A model generated the notes under the pieces. That model had not been told where the DNA came from. It saw only the letters and a list, made by a program, of their open reading frames with translations, and made no database searches. This document shows positions 1 through 13,570 of a stretch of 64,000 bases of DNA, in pieces (the first letter of the stretch is position 1; each line of letters begins with the position of its first letter). Where the stretch lies: assembly GCA_964016885.1 (NCBI GenBank), contig OZ024743.1:354578001-354642000 (forward strand). Direction: 5' to 3'. This stretch comes from Eledone cirrhosa (Eukaryota). The position numbers and the translations under genes are program-made.

Positions 1-469
1 GATGATTGTCCTCATGCTGGTTGTTGTTGGTGGTAGGGATTGAGGTATTTGTGATTCTGGTAATGGTGATGCTGATGATTGTCCTCATGCTGGTTGTTGT
101 TGGTGGTAGAGATTGAGGTTTTTGTGATTCTGGTAATGGTGATGCTGATGATTGTCCTCATGCTGGTTGTTGTTGGTGGTAGAGATTGAGGTATTTGTGA
201 TTCTGGTAATGGTGATGCTGATGATTGTCCTCATGCTGGTTGTTGGTGGTGGTAGAGATTGAGGTTTTTGTGATCCTGGTAATGGTGTTGCTGATGATTG
301 TCCTCATGCTGGTTGTTGTTGGTGGTAGGGATTGAGGTTTTTGTGATCCTGGTAATGGTGATGCTGATGATTGTCCTCATGCTGGTTGTTGGTGGTGGTA
401 GAGATTGAGGTTTTTGTGATCCTGGTAATGGTGATGCTGATGATTGTCCTCATGCTGGTTGTTGTTGGT

Positions 470-960
470 GGTAGGGATTGAGGTTTTTGTGATCCTGGTA
501 ATGGTGATGCTGATGATTGTCCTCATACTGGTTGTTGGTGGTGGTAGAGATTCAGGTTTTTGTGATTCTGGTAGTGGTGATGCTGATGATTGTCCTCATG
601 CTGGTTGTTGGTGGTGGTAGAGATTGAGGTATTTGTGATTCTGGTAATGGTGATGCTGATGATTGTCCTCATGCTGGTTGTTGTTGGTGGTAGGGATTGA
701 GGTTTTTGTGATCCTGGTAATGGTGATGCTGATGATTGTCCTCATGCTGGTTGTTGGTGGTGGTAGAGATTGAGGTTTTTGTGATTCTGGTAGTGGTGAT
801 GCTGATGATTGTCCTCATGCTGGTTGTTGGTGGTGGTAGAGATTGAGGTATTTGTGATTCTGGTAATGGTGATGCTGATGATTGTCCTCATGCTGGTTGT
901 TGTTGGTGGTAGGGATTGAGGTTTTGTGATCCTGGTAATGGTGATGCTGATGATTGTCCT
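470..960 (+). repeat. Short 3-monomer (219-bp) higher-order repeat
   Basis: Variant markers recur at 219-bp spacing: GTAGGGATT at about 471/690/909, TAGTGGTG at about 572/791, GAGGTATTTG at about 627/846. Confidence 0.75.
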
Positions 961-1129
961 CATGCTGGTTGTTGTTGGTGGTAGAGATTGAGGTTTTTGT
1001 GATCCTGGTAATGGTGATGCTAATGATTGTCCTCATGCTGGTTGTTGGTGGTGGTAGAGATTGAGGTGTTTGTGATTCTGGTAATGGTGATGCTGATGAT
1101 TGTCCTCATGCTGGTTGTTGTTGGTGGTA

Positions 1130-4100
1130 GAGATTGAGGTTTTTGTGATCCTGATAATGGTGATGCTGATGGTTGTCCTCATGCTGGTTGTTGTTGGTGG
1201 TAGAGATTGAGCTTTTTGTGATTCTGGTAATGGTGATGCTGATGATTGTCTTCATGCTGGTTGTTGTTGGTGGTAGAGATTGAGGTTTTTGTGATTCTGG
1301 TAATGGTGATGCTGATGATTGTCCTCATACTGGTTGTTGTTGGTGGTAGAGATTGAGGTTTTTGTGATTCTGGTAATGGTGATGCTGATGATTGTCCTCA
1401 TGCTGGTTGTTGTTGGTGGTAGAGATTGAGGTTTTTGTGATTCTGGTAATGGTGATGCTGATGATTGTCCTCATGCTGGTTGTTGTTGGTGGTAGAGATT
1501 GAGGTTTTTGTGATCCTGGTAATGGTGATGCTGATGATTGTCCTCATGCTGGTTGTTGTTGGTGGTAGAGATTGAGGTTTTTATGATTCTGGTAATGGTG
1601 ATGCTGATGATTGTCCTCATGCTGGTTGTTGTTGGTGGTAGAGATTGAGGTTTTTGTGATGCTGGTAATGGTGATGCTGATGATTGTCCTCATGCTGGTT
1701 GTTGTCGGTGGTAGAGATTGAGGTTTTTGTGATTCTGGTAATGGTGATGCTGATGATTGTCCTCATGCTGGTTGTTGTTGGTGGTAGAGATTGAGGTTTT
1801 TGTGATTCTGGTAATGGTGAGGCTGATGAATGTCCTCATGCTGGTTGTTGTTGGTGGTAGAGATTGAGGTTTTTGTGATCCTGGTAATGGTGATGCTGAT
1901 GATTGTCCTCATGCTGGTTGTTGTTGGTGGTAGAGATTGAGGCTTTTGTGATTCTGGTAATGGTGATGCTGATGATTGTCCTCATGCTGGTTGTTGTCGG
2001 TGGTAGAGATTGAGGTTTTTGTGATTCCGGTAATGGTGATGCTGATGATTGTCCTCATGCTGGTTGTTGTTGGTGGTAGTGATTGAGGTTTTTGTGATCC
2101 TGGTAATGGTGATGCTGATGATTGTCCTCATGCTGGTTGTTGTTGGTGGTAGAGATTGAGGTTTTTGTGATTCTGGTAATGGTGATGCTGATGATTGTCC
2201 TCATGCTGGTTGTTGTTGGTGGTAGAGATTGAGGTTTTTGTGATCCTGGTAATGGTGATGCTGATGATTGTCCTCATGCTGGTTGTTGTTGGTGGTAGAG
2301 ATTGAGGTTTTTGTGATTCTGGTAATGGTGATGCTGATGATTGTCCTCATGCTGGTTGTTGTTGGTGGTAGAGATTGAGGTTTTTGTGATTCTGGTAATG
2401 GTGATGCTGACGATTGTCCTCATGCTGGTTGTTGTTGGTGGTAGAGATTGAGGTTTTTGTGATCCTGGTAATGGTGATGCTGATGATTGTCCTCATGCTG
2501 GTTGTTGTTGGTGGTAGAGATTGAGGTTTTTGTGATCCTGGTAATGGTGATGCTGATGATTGTCCTCATGCTGGTTGTTGTTGGTGATAGAGATTGAGGT
2601 TTTTGTGATCCTGGTAATGGTGATGCTGATGGTTGTCCTCGTGCTGGTTGTTGTTGGTGGTAGAGAATGAGGTTTTTGTGATTCCGGTAATGGTGATGCT
2701 GATGATTGTCTTCATGCTGGTTGTTGTTGGTGGTAGAGATTGAGGTTTTTGTGATTCTGGTAATGGTGATGCTGATGGTTGTCCTCGTGCTGGTTGTTGT
2801 TGGTGGTAGAGAATGAGGTTTTTGTGATTCCGGTAATGGTGATGCTGATGATTGTCTTCATGCTGGTTGTTGTTGGTGGTAGAGATTGAAGTTTTTGTGA
2901 TTCTGGTAATGGTGATGCTGATGATTGTCTTCATGCTGGTTGTTGTTGGTGGTAGAGATTGAGGTTTTTGTGATTCTGGTAATGGTGATGCTGATGATTG
3001 TTCTCATGCTGGTTGTTGTTGGTGGTAGAGATTGAGGTTTTTGTGATTCTGGTAATGGTGATGCTGACGATTGTCCTCATGCTGGTTGTTGTTGGTGGTA
3101 GAGATTGAGGTTTTTGTGATTCTGGTAATGGTGATGCTGATGATTGTCCTCATGCTGGTTGTTGTTGGTGGTAGAGATTGAGGTTTTTGTGATCCTGATA
3201 ATGGTGATGCTGATGGTTGTCCTCATGCTGGTTGTTGTTGGTGGTAGAGATTGAGGTTTTTGTGATTCTGGTAATGGTGATGCTGATGATTGTCCTCATG
3301 CTGGTTGTTGTTGGTGGTAGAGATTGAGCTTTTTGTGATTCTGGTAATGGTGATGCTGATGATTGTCTTCATGCTGGTTGTTGTTGGTGGTAGAGATTGA
3401 GGTTTTTGAGATTCTGGTAATGGTGATGCTGATGATTGTCCTCATACTGGTTGTTGTTGGTGGTAGAGATTGAGGTTTTTGTGATTCTGGTAATGGTGAT
3501 GCTGATGATTGTCCTCATGCTGGTTGTTGTTGGTGGTAGAGATTGAGGTTTTTGTGATTCTGGTAATGGTGATGCTGATGATTGTCCTCATGCTGGTTGT
3601 TGTTGGTGGTAGAGATTGAGGTTTTTGTGATCCTGGTAATGGTGATGCTGATGAGTGTCCTCATGCTGGTTGTTGTTGGTGGTAGAGATTGAGGTTTTTA
3701 TGATTCTGGTAATGGTGATGCTGATGATTGTCCTCATGCTGGTTGTTGTTGGTGGTAGAGATTGAGGTTTTTGTGATCCTGGTAATGGTGATGCTGATGA
3801 TTGTCCTCATGCTGGTTGTTGTCGGTGGTAGAGATTGAGGTTTTTGTGATTCTGGTAATGGTGATGCTGATGATTGTCCTCATGCTGGTTGTTGTTGGTG
3901 GTAGAGATTGAGGTTTTTGTGATTCTGGTAATGGTGAGGCTGATGATTGTCCTCATGCTGGTTGTTGTTGGTGGTAGAGATTGAGGTTTTTGTGATCCTG
4001 GTAATGGTGATGCTGATGATTGTCCTCATGCTGGTTGTTGTCGGTGGTAGAGATTGAGGTTTTTGTGATTCCGGTAATGGTGATGCTGATGATTGTCCTC

Positions 4101-5200
4101 ATGCTGGTTGTTGTTGGTGGTAGAGATTGAGGTTTTTGTGATCCTGGTAATGGTGATGCTGATGATTGTCCTCATGCTGGTTGTTGTTGGTGGTAGAGAT
4201 TGAGGTTTTTGTGATTCTGGTAATGGTGATGCTGATGATTGTCCTCATGCTGGTTGTTGTTGGTGGTAGAGATTGAGGTTTTTGTGATCCTGGTAATGGT
4301 GATGCTGATGATTGTCCTCATGCTGGTTGTTGTTGGTGGTAGAGATTGAGGTTTTTGTGATTCTGGTAATGGTGATGCTGATGATTGTCCTCATGCTGGT
4401 TGTTGTTGGTGGTAGAGATTGAGGTTTTTGTGATTCTGGTAATGGTGATGCTGACGATTGTCCTCATGCTGGTTGTTGTTGGTGGTAGAGATTGAGGTTT
4501 TTGTGATCCTGGTAATGGTGATGCTGATGATTGTCCTCATGCTGGTTGTTGTTGGTGGTAGAGATTGAGGTTTTTGTGATCCTGGTAATGGTGATGCTGA
4601 TGATTGTCCTCATGCTGGTTGTTGTCGGTGGTAGAGATTGAGGTTTTTGTGATTCTGGTAATGGTGATGCTGATGATTGTCCTCATGCTGGTTGTTGTTG
4701 GTGGTAGAGATTGAGCTTTTTGTGATTCTGGTAATGGTGATGCTGACGATTGTCCTCATGCTGGTTGTTGTTGGTGGTAGAGATTGAGGTTTTTGTGATT
4801 CTGGTAATGGTGATTCTGATGATTGTCCTCATGCTGGTTGTTGTTGGTGATAGAGATTGAGGTTTTTGTGATCCTGGTAATGGTGATGCTGATGGTTGTC
4901 CTCGTGCTGGTTGTTGTTGGTGGTAGAGAATGAGGTTTTTGTGATTCCGGTAATGGTGATGCTGATGATTGTCTTCATGCTGGTTGTTGTTGGTGGTAGA
5001 GATTGAGGTTTTTGTGATTCTGGTAATGGTGATGCTGATGATTGTCCTCGTACTGGTTGTTGTTGGTGGTAGAGAATGAGGTTTTTGTGATTCCGGTAAT
5101 GGTGATGCTGATGATTGTCTTCATGCTGGTTGTTGTTGGTGGTAGAGATTGAAGTTTTTGTGATTCTGGTAATGGTGATGCTGATGATTGTCTTCATGCT
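1130..5200 (+). repeat. Imperfect tandem duplication of a 28-31-monomer block
   Basis: CTGATAATGG at 1151 and 3195 (offset 2044 = 28x73). GAGCTTTT at about 1212 and 3329 (2117 = 29x73). The AGAATGAG/TTCCGG cassette gives ORFs at 2566 and 4829 (2263 = 31x73). The marker order is the same, with whole monomers gained or lost. Confidence 0.8.
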
Positions 5201-5339
5201 GGTTGTTGTTGGTGGTAGAGATTGAGATTTTTGTGATACTGGTAATGGTGATGCTGATGATTGTCCTCATGCTGGTTGTTGTTGGTGGTAGAGATTGAGG
5301 TTTTTGTGATTCTGGTAATGGTGATGCTGATGATTGTCC

Positions 5340-8300
5340 TCGTGCTGGTTGTTGGTGGTAGAGATTGAGGTTTTTGTGATCCTGGTAATGGTGATGCTGA
5401 TGATTGTCCTCTTGCTGGTTGTTGTTTGTGATAGAGATTGAGGTTTTTGTGATCCTGGTAATGGTGATGCTGATGATTGTCCTCATGCTGGTTGTTGTTG
5501 GTGGTAGAGATTGAGGTTTTTGTGATTCCGGTAATGGTGATGCTGATGATTGTCCTCATGCTGGTTGTTGTTGGTGGTAGGGATTGAGGTTTTTGTGATC
5601 CTGGTAATGGTGATGCAGATGATTGTCCTCATGCTGGTTGTTGTTGGTGGTAGAGATTGAGGTTTTTGTGATCCTGGTAATGGTGATGCTGATGATTGTC
5701 TTCATGCTGGTTGTTGTTGGTGGTAGAGATTGAGGTTTTTGTGATTCTGGTAATGGTGATGCTGATGATTGTACTGATGCTGGTTGTTGTTGGTGATAGA
5801 GATTGAGGTTTTTGTGATTCTGGTAATGGTGATGCTGATGATTGTCCTCATGCTGGTTGTTGTTGGTGGTAGAGATTGAGGTTTTTGTGATCCTGGTAAT
5901 GGTGATGCTGATGATTGTACTGATGCTGGTTGTTGCTGGTGGTAGAGATTGAGGTTTTTGTGATTCTGGTAATGGTGATGCTGATGATTGTCCTCATGCT
6001 GGTTGTTGTTGGTGGTAGAGAATGAGGTTTTTGTGATCCTGGTAATGGTGATGCTGATGATTGTACTGATGCTGGTTGTTGTTGGTGGTAGAGATTGAGG
6101 TTTTTGTGATTCTGGTAATGGTGATGCTGATGATTGTACTGATGCTGGTTGTTGGTGGTGGTAGAGATTGAGGTTTTTGTGATTCTGGTAATGGTGATGC
6201 TGATGATTGTACTGATGCTGGTTGTTGTTGGTGGTAGAGATTGAGGTTTTTGTGATTCTGGTAATGGTGATGCTGATGATTGTCCTCATGCTGGTTGTTG
6301 TTGGTGGTAGAGATTGAGGTTTTTGTGATCCTGGTAATGGTGATGTTGATGATTGTACTGATGCTGGTTGTTGTTGGTGGTAGAGATTGAGGTTCTTGTG
6401 ATCCTGGTAATGGTGATGCTGATGATCGTACTGATGCTGGTTGTTGTTGATGGTAGAGATTGAGGTTTTTGTGATTCTGGTAATGGTGATGCTGATGATT
6501 GTCCTCGTGCTGGTTGTTGTTGTTGGTAGAGATTGAGGTTTTTGTGATTCTGGTAATGGTGATGCTGATGATTGTACTCGTGCTGGTTGTTGTTGGTGGT
6601 AGAGATTGAGGTTTTTGTGATTCTGGTAATGGTGATGCTGATGATTGTACTGATGCTGGTTGTTGTTGGTGGTAGAGATTGAGGTTTTTGTGATCCTGGT
6701 AATGGTGATGCTGATGATTGTCCTCTTGCTGGTTGTTGTTGGTGATAGAGATTGAGGTTTTTGTGATCCTGGTAATGGTGATGCTGATGATTGTCCTCAT
6801 GCTGGTTGTTGTTGGTGGTAGAGATTGAGGTTTTTGTGATTCCGGTAATGGTGATGCTGATGATTGTCCTCATGCTGGTTGTTGTTGGTGGTAGGGATTG
6901 AGGTTTTTGTGATCCTGGTAATGGTGATGCAGATGATTGTCCTCATGCTGGTTGTTGTTGGTGGTAGAGATTGAGGTTTTTGTGATCCTGGTAATGGTGA
7001 TGCTGATGATTGTCTTCATGCTGGTTGTTGTTGGTGGTAGAGATTGAGGTTTTTGTGATTCTGGTAATGGTGATGCTGATGATTGTCCTCATGCTGGTTG
7101 TTGTTGGTGGTAGAGAATGAGGTTTTTGTGATCCTGGTAATGGTGATGCTGATGATTGTACTGATGCTGGTTGTTGTTGGTGGTAGAGATTGAGGTTTTT
7201 GTGATTCTGGTAATGGTGATGCTGATGATTGTACTGATGCTGGTTGTTGGTGGTGGTAGAGATTGAGGTTTTTGTGATTCTGGTAATGGTGATGCTGATG
7301 ATTGTACTGATGCTGGTTGTTGTTGGTGGTAGAGATTGAGGTTTTTGTGATTCTGGTAATGGTGATGCTGATGATTGTCCTCATGCTGGTTGTTGTTGGT
7401 GGTAGAGATTGAGGTTTTTGTGATCCTGGTAATGGTGATGTTGATGATTGTACTGATGCTGGTTGTTGTTGGTGGTAGAGATTGAGGTTCTTGTGATCCT
7501 GGTAATGGTGATGCTGATGATCGTACTGATGCTGGTTGTTGTTGATGGTAGAGATTGAGGTTTTTGTGATTCTGGTAATGGTGATGCTGATGATTGTCCT
7601 CGTGCTGGTTGTTGTTGTTGGTAGAGATTGAGGTTTTTGTGATTCTGGTAATGGTGATGCTGATGATTGTACTCATGCTGGTTGTTGTTGGTGGTAGAGA
7701 TTGAGGTTTTTGTGATTCTGGTAATGGTGATGCTGATGATTGTACTGATGCTGGTTGTTGTTGGTGGTAGAGATTGAGGTTTTTGTGATCCTGGTAATGG
7801 TGATGCTGATGATTGTCCTCTTGCTGGTTGTTGTTGGTGATAGAGATTGAGGTTTTTGTGATCCTGGTAATGGTGATGCTGATGATTGTCCTCATGCTGG
7901 TTGTTGTTGGTGGTAGAGATTGAGGTTTTTGTGATTCCGATAATGGTGATGCTGATGATTGTCCTCATGCTGGTTGTTGTTGGTGGTAGGGATTGAGGTT
8001 TTTGTGATCCTGGTAATGGTGATGCAGATGATTGTCCTCATGCTGGTTGTTGTTGGTGGTAGAGATTGAGGTTTTTGTGATCCTGGTAATGGTGATGCTG
8101 ATGATTGTCTTCATGCTGGTTGTTGTTGGTGGTAGAGATTGAGGTTTTTGTGATTCTGGTAATGGTGATGCTGATGATTGTACTGATGCTGGTTGTTGTT
8201 GGTGATAGAGATTGAGGTTTTTGTGATTCTGGTAATGGTGATGCTGATGATTGTCCTCATGCTGGTTGTTGTTGGTGGTAGAGATTGAGGTTTTTGTGAT

Positions 8301-11300
8301 CCTGGTAATGGTGATGCTGATGATTGTACTGATGCTGGTTGTTGCTGGTGGTAGAGATTGAGGTTTTTGTGATTCTGGTAATGGTGATGCTGATGATTGT
8401 CCTCATGCTGGTTGTTGTTGGTGGTAGAGAATGAGGTTTTTGTGATCCTGGTAATGGTGATGCTGATGATTGTACTGATGCTGGTTATTGTTGGTGGTAG
8501 AGATTGAGGTTTTTGTGATTCTGGTAATGGTGATGCTGATGATTGTACTGATGCTGGTTGTTGGTGGTGGTAGAGATTGAGGTTTTTATGATTCTGGTAA
8601 TGGTGATGCTGATGATTGTACTGATGCTGGTTGTTGTTGGTGGTAGAGATTGAGGTTTTTGTGATTCTGGTAATGGTGATGCTGATGATTGTCCTCATGC
8701 TGGTTGTTGTTGGTGGTAGAGATTGAGGTTTTTGTGATCCTGGTAATGGTGATGTTGATGATTGTACTGATGCTGGTTGTTGTTGGTGGTAGAGATTGAG
8801 GTTCTTGTGATCCTGGTAATGGTGATGCTGATGATCGTACTGATGCTGGTTGTTGTTGATGGTAGAGATTGAGGTTTTTGTGATTCTGGTAATGGTGATG
8901 CTGATGATTGTCCTCGTGCTGGTTGTTGTTGTTGGTAGAGATTGAGGTTTTTGTGATTCTGGTAATGGTGATGCTGATGATTGTACTCATGCTGGTTGTT
9001 GTTGGTGGTAGAGATTGAGGTTTTTGTGATTCTGGTAATGGTGATGCTGATGATTGTACTGATGCTGGTTGTTGTTGGTGGTAGAGATTGAGGTTTTTGT
9101 GATTCTGGTAATGGTGATGCTGATGATTGTCCTCATGCTGGTTGTTGCTGGTAGAGATTGAGGTTTTTGTGATACTGGTAATGGTGATGCTGATGATTGT
9201 CCTCATGCTGGTTGTTGTTGGTGGTAGAGATTGAGGTTATGTGATCCTGGTAATGGTGATGCTGATGATTGTACTGATGCTGGTTGTTGTTGGTGGTAGA
9301 GATTGAGGTTTTTGTGATCCTGGTAATGGTGATGCTGATGATCGTACTGATGCTGGTTGTTGTTGATGGTAGAGATTGAGGTTTTTGTGATTCTGGTAAT
9401 GGTGATGCTGATGATTGTCCTCATGCTGGTTGTTGTTGGTGGTAGAGATTGAGGTTTTTGTGATTCTGGTAATGGTGATGCTGATGATTGTCCTCATGCT
9501 GGTTGTTGGTGGTAGAGATTGAGGTTTTTGTGATCCTGGTAATGGTGATGCTGATGATTGTCCTCTTGCTGGTTGTTGTTTGTGATAGAGATTGAGGTTT
9601 TTGTGATCCTGGTAATGGTGATGCTGATGATTGTCCTCATGCTGGTTGTTGTTGGTGGTAGAGATTGAGGTTTTTGTGATTCCGGTAATGGTGATGCTGA
9701 TGATTGTCCTCATGCTGGTTGTTGTTGGTGGTAGGGATTGAGGTTTTTGTGATCCTGGTAATGGTGATGCAGATGATTGTCCTCATGCTGGTTGTTGTTG
9801 GTGGTAGAGATTGAGGTTTTTGTGATCCTGGTAATGGTGATGCTGATGATTGTCTTCATGCTGGTTGTTGTTGGTGGTAGAGATTGAGGTTTTTGTGATT
9901 CTGGTAATGGTGATGCTGATGATTGTACTGATGCTGGTTGTTGTTGGTGATAGAGATTGAGGTTTTTGTGATTCTGGTAATGGTGATGCTGATGATTGTC
10001 CTCATGCTGGTTGTTGTTGGTGGTAGAGATTGAGGTTTTTGTGATCCTGGTAATGGTGATGCTGATGATTGTACTGATGCTGGTTGTTGCTGGTGGTAGA
10101 GATTGAGGTTTTTGTGATTCTGGTAATGGTGATGCTGATGATTGTCCTCATGCTGGTTGTTGTTGGTGGTAGAGAATGAGGTTTTTGTGATCCTGGTAAT
10201 GGTGATGCTGATGATTGTACTGATGCTGGTTGTTGTTGGTGGTAGAGATTGAGGTTTTTGTGATTCTGGTAATGGTGATGCTGATGATTGTACTGATGCT
10301 GGTTGTTGGTGGTGGTAGAGATTGAGGTTTTTGTGATTCTGGTAATGGTGATGCTGATGATTGTACTGATGCTGGTTGTTGTTGGTGGTAGAGATTGAGG
10401 TTTTTGTGATTCTGGTAATGGTGATGCTGATGATTGTCCTCATGCTGGTTGTTGTTGGTGGTAGAGATTGAGGTTTTTGTGATCCTGGTAATGGTGATGT
10501 TGATGATTGTACTGATGCTGGTTGTTGTTGGTGGTAGAGATTGAGGTTCTTGTGATCCTGGTAATGGTGATGCTGATGATCGTACTGATGCTGGTTGTTG
10601 TTGATGGTAGAGATTGAGGTTTTTGTGATTCTGGTAATGGTGATGCTGATGATTGTCCTCGTGCTGGTTGTTGTTGTTGGTAGAGATTGAGGTTTTTGTG
10701 ATTCTGGTAATGGTGATGCTGATGATTGTACTCATGCTGGTTGTTGTTGGTGGTAGAGATTGAGGTTTTTGTGATTCTGGTAATGGTGATGCTGATGATT
10801 GTACTGATGCTGGTTGTTGTTGGTGGTAGAGATTGAGGTTTTTGTGATCCTGGTAATGGTGATGCTGATGATTGTCCTCTTGCTGGTTGTTGTTGGTGAT
10901 AGAGATTGAGGTTTTTGTGATCCTGGTAATGGTGATGCTGATGATTGTCCTCATGCTGGTTGTTGTTGGTGGTAGAGATTGAGGTTTTTGTGATTCCGGT
11001 AATGGTGATGCTGATGATTGTCCTCATGCTGGTTGTTGTTGGTGGTAGGGATTGAGGTTTTTGTGATCCTGGTAATGGTGATGCAGATGATTGTCCTCAT
11101 GCTGGTTGTTGTTGGTGGTAGAGATTGAGGTTTTTGTGATCCTGGTAATGGTGATGCTGATGATTGTCTTCATGCTGGTTGTTGTTGGTGGTAGAGATTG
11201 AGGTTTTTGTGATTCTGGTAATGGTGATGCTGATGATTGTCCTCATGCTGGTTGTTGTTGGTGGTAGAGAATGAGGTTTTTGTGATCCTGGTAATGGTGA

Positions 11301-13570
11301 TGCTGATGATTGTACTGATGCTGGTTGTTGTTGGTGGTAGAGATTGAGGTTTTTGTGATTCTGGTAATGGTGATGCTGATGATTGTACTGATGCTGGTTG
11401 TTGGTGGTGGTAGAGATTGAGGTTTTTGTGATTCTGGTAATGGTGATGCTGATGATTGTACTGATGCTGGTTGTTGTTGGTGGTAGAGATTGAGGTTTTT
11501 GTGATTCTGGTAATGGTGATGCTGATGATTGTCCTCATGCTGGTTGTTGTTGGTGGTAGAGATTGAGGTTTTTGTGATCCTGGTAATGGTGATGTTGATG
11601 ATTGTACTGATGCTGGTTGTTGTTGGTGGTAGAGATTGAGGTTCTTGTGATCCTGGTAATGGTGATGCTGATGATCGTACTGATGCTGGTTGTTGTTGAT
11701 GGTAGAGATTGAGGTTTTTGTGATTCTGGTAATGGTGATGCTGATGATTGTCCTCGTGCTGGTTGTTGTTGTTGGTAGAGATTGAGGTTTTTGTGATTCT
11801 GGTAATGGTGATGCTGATGATTGTACTCATGCTGGTTGTTGTTGGTGGTAGAGATTGAGGTTTTTGTGATTCTGGTAATGGTGATGCTGATGATTGTACT
11901 GATGCTGGTTGTTGTTGGTGGTAGAGATTGAGGTTTTTGTGATCCTGGTAATGGTGATGCTGATGATTGTCCTCTTGCTGGTTGTTGTTGGTGATAGAGA
12001 TTGAGGTTTTTGTGATCCTGGTAATGGTGATGCTGATGATTGTCCTCATGCTGGTTGTTGTTGGTGGTAGAGATTGAGGTTTTTGTGATTCCGGTAATGG
12101 TGATGCTGATGATTGTCCTCATGCTGGTTGTTGTTGGTGGTAGGGATTGAGGTTTTTGTGATCCTGGTAATGGTGATGCAGATGATTGTCCTCATGCTGG
12201 TTGTTGTTGGTGGTAGAGATTGAGGTTTTTGTGATCCTGGTAATGGTGATGCTGATGATTGTCTTCATGCTGGTTGTTGTTGGTGGTAGAGATTGAGGTT
12301 TTTGTGATTCTGGTAATGGTGATGCTGATGATTGTACTGATGCTGGTTGTTGTTGGTGATAGAGATTGAGGTTTTTGTGATTCTGGTAATGGTGATGCTG
12401 ATGATTGTCCTCATGCTGGTTGTTGTTGGTGGTAGAGATTGAGGTTTTTGTGATCCTGGTAATGGTGATGCTGATGATTGTACTGATGCTGGTTGTTGCT
12501 GGTGGTAGAGATTGAGGTTTTTGTGATTCTGGTAATGGTGATGCTGATGATTGTCCTCATGCTGGTTGTTGTTGGTGGTAGAGAATGAGGTTTTTGTGAT
12601 CCTGGTAATGGTGATGCTGATGATTGTACTGATGCTGGTTATTGTTGGTGGTAGAGATTGAGGTTTTTGTGATTCTGGTAATGGTGATGCTGATGATTGT
12701 ACTGATGCTGGTTGTTGGTGGTGGTAGAGATTGAGGTTTTTATGATTCTGGTAATGGTGATGCTGATGATTGTACTGATGCTGGTTGTTGTTGGTGGTAG
12801 AGATTGAGGTTTTTGTGATTCTGGTAATGGTGATGCTGATGATTGTCCTCATGCTGGTTGTTGTTGGTGGTAGAGATTGAGGTTTTTGTGATCCTGGTAA
12901 TGGTGATGTTGATGATTGTACTGATGCTGGTTGTTGTTGGTGGTAGAGATTGAGGTTCTTGTGATCCTGGTAATGGTGATGCTGATGATCGTACTGATGC
13001 TGGTTGTTGTTGATGGTAGAGATTGAGGTTTTTGTGATTCTGGTAATGGTGATGCTGATGATTGTCCTCGTGCTGGTTGTTGTTGTTGGTAGAGATTGAG
13101 GTTTTTGTGATTCTGGTAATGGTGATGCTGATGATTGTACTCATGCTGGTTGTTGTTGGTGGTAGAGATTGAGGTTTTTGTGATTCTGGTAATGGTGATG
13201 CTGATGATTGTACTGATGCTGGTTGTTGTTGGTGGTAGAGATTGAGGTTTTTGTGATTCTGGTAATGGTGATGCTGATGATTGTCCTCATGCTGGTTGTT
13301 GCTGGTAGAGATTGAGGTTTTTGTGATACTGGTAATGGTGATGCTGATGATTGTCCTCATGCTGGTTGTTGTTGGTGGTAGAGATTGAGGTTATGTGATC
13401 CTGGTAATGGTGATGCTGATGATTGTACTGATGCTGGTTGTTGTTGGTGGTAGAGATTGAGGTTTTTGTGATCCTGGTAATGGTGATGCTGATGATCGTA
13501 CTGATGCTGGTTGTTGTTGATGGTAGAGATTGAGGTTTTTGTGATTCTGGTAATGGTGATGCTGATGATT
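5340..13570 (+). repeat. Two tandem copies of a 4154-bp, 57-monomer higher-order repeat made of 18+15+24-monomer sub-blocks
   Basis: The GATGCAGAT marker has its variant A at 5617, 6931, 8026, 9771, 11085 and 12180 (spacings 1314, 1095, 1745, 1314, 1095). ORF-track pairs 5702/9856, 7016/11170, 8111/12265 and 8586/12740 are all offset by 4154 = 57x73-7, matching two 3-bp deletions and one 1-bp deletion per unit. Confidence 0.92.

Noticed and set aside
17-81. Possible internal half-repeat in the monomer (CTGGT...GATTG occurs twice, about 40 bp apart)
   Set aside because: The similarity is short and expected in such low-complexity G/T triplet sequence, so it is not enough to claim an ancestral ~36-bp unit.
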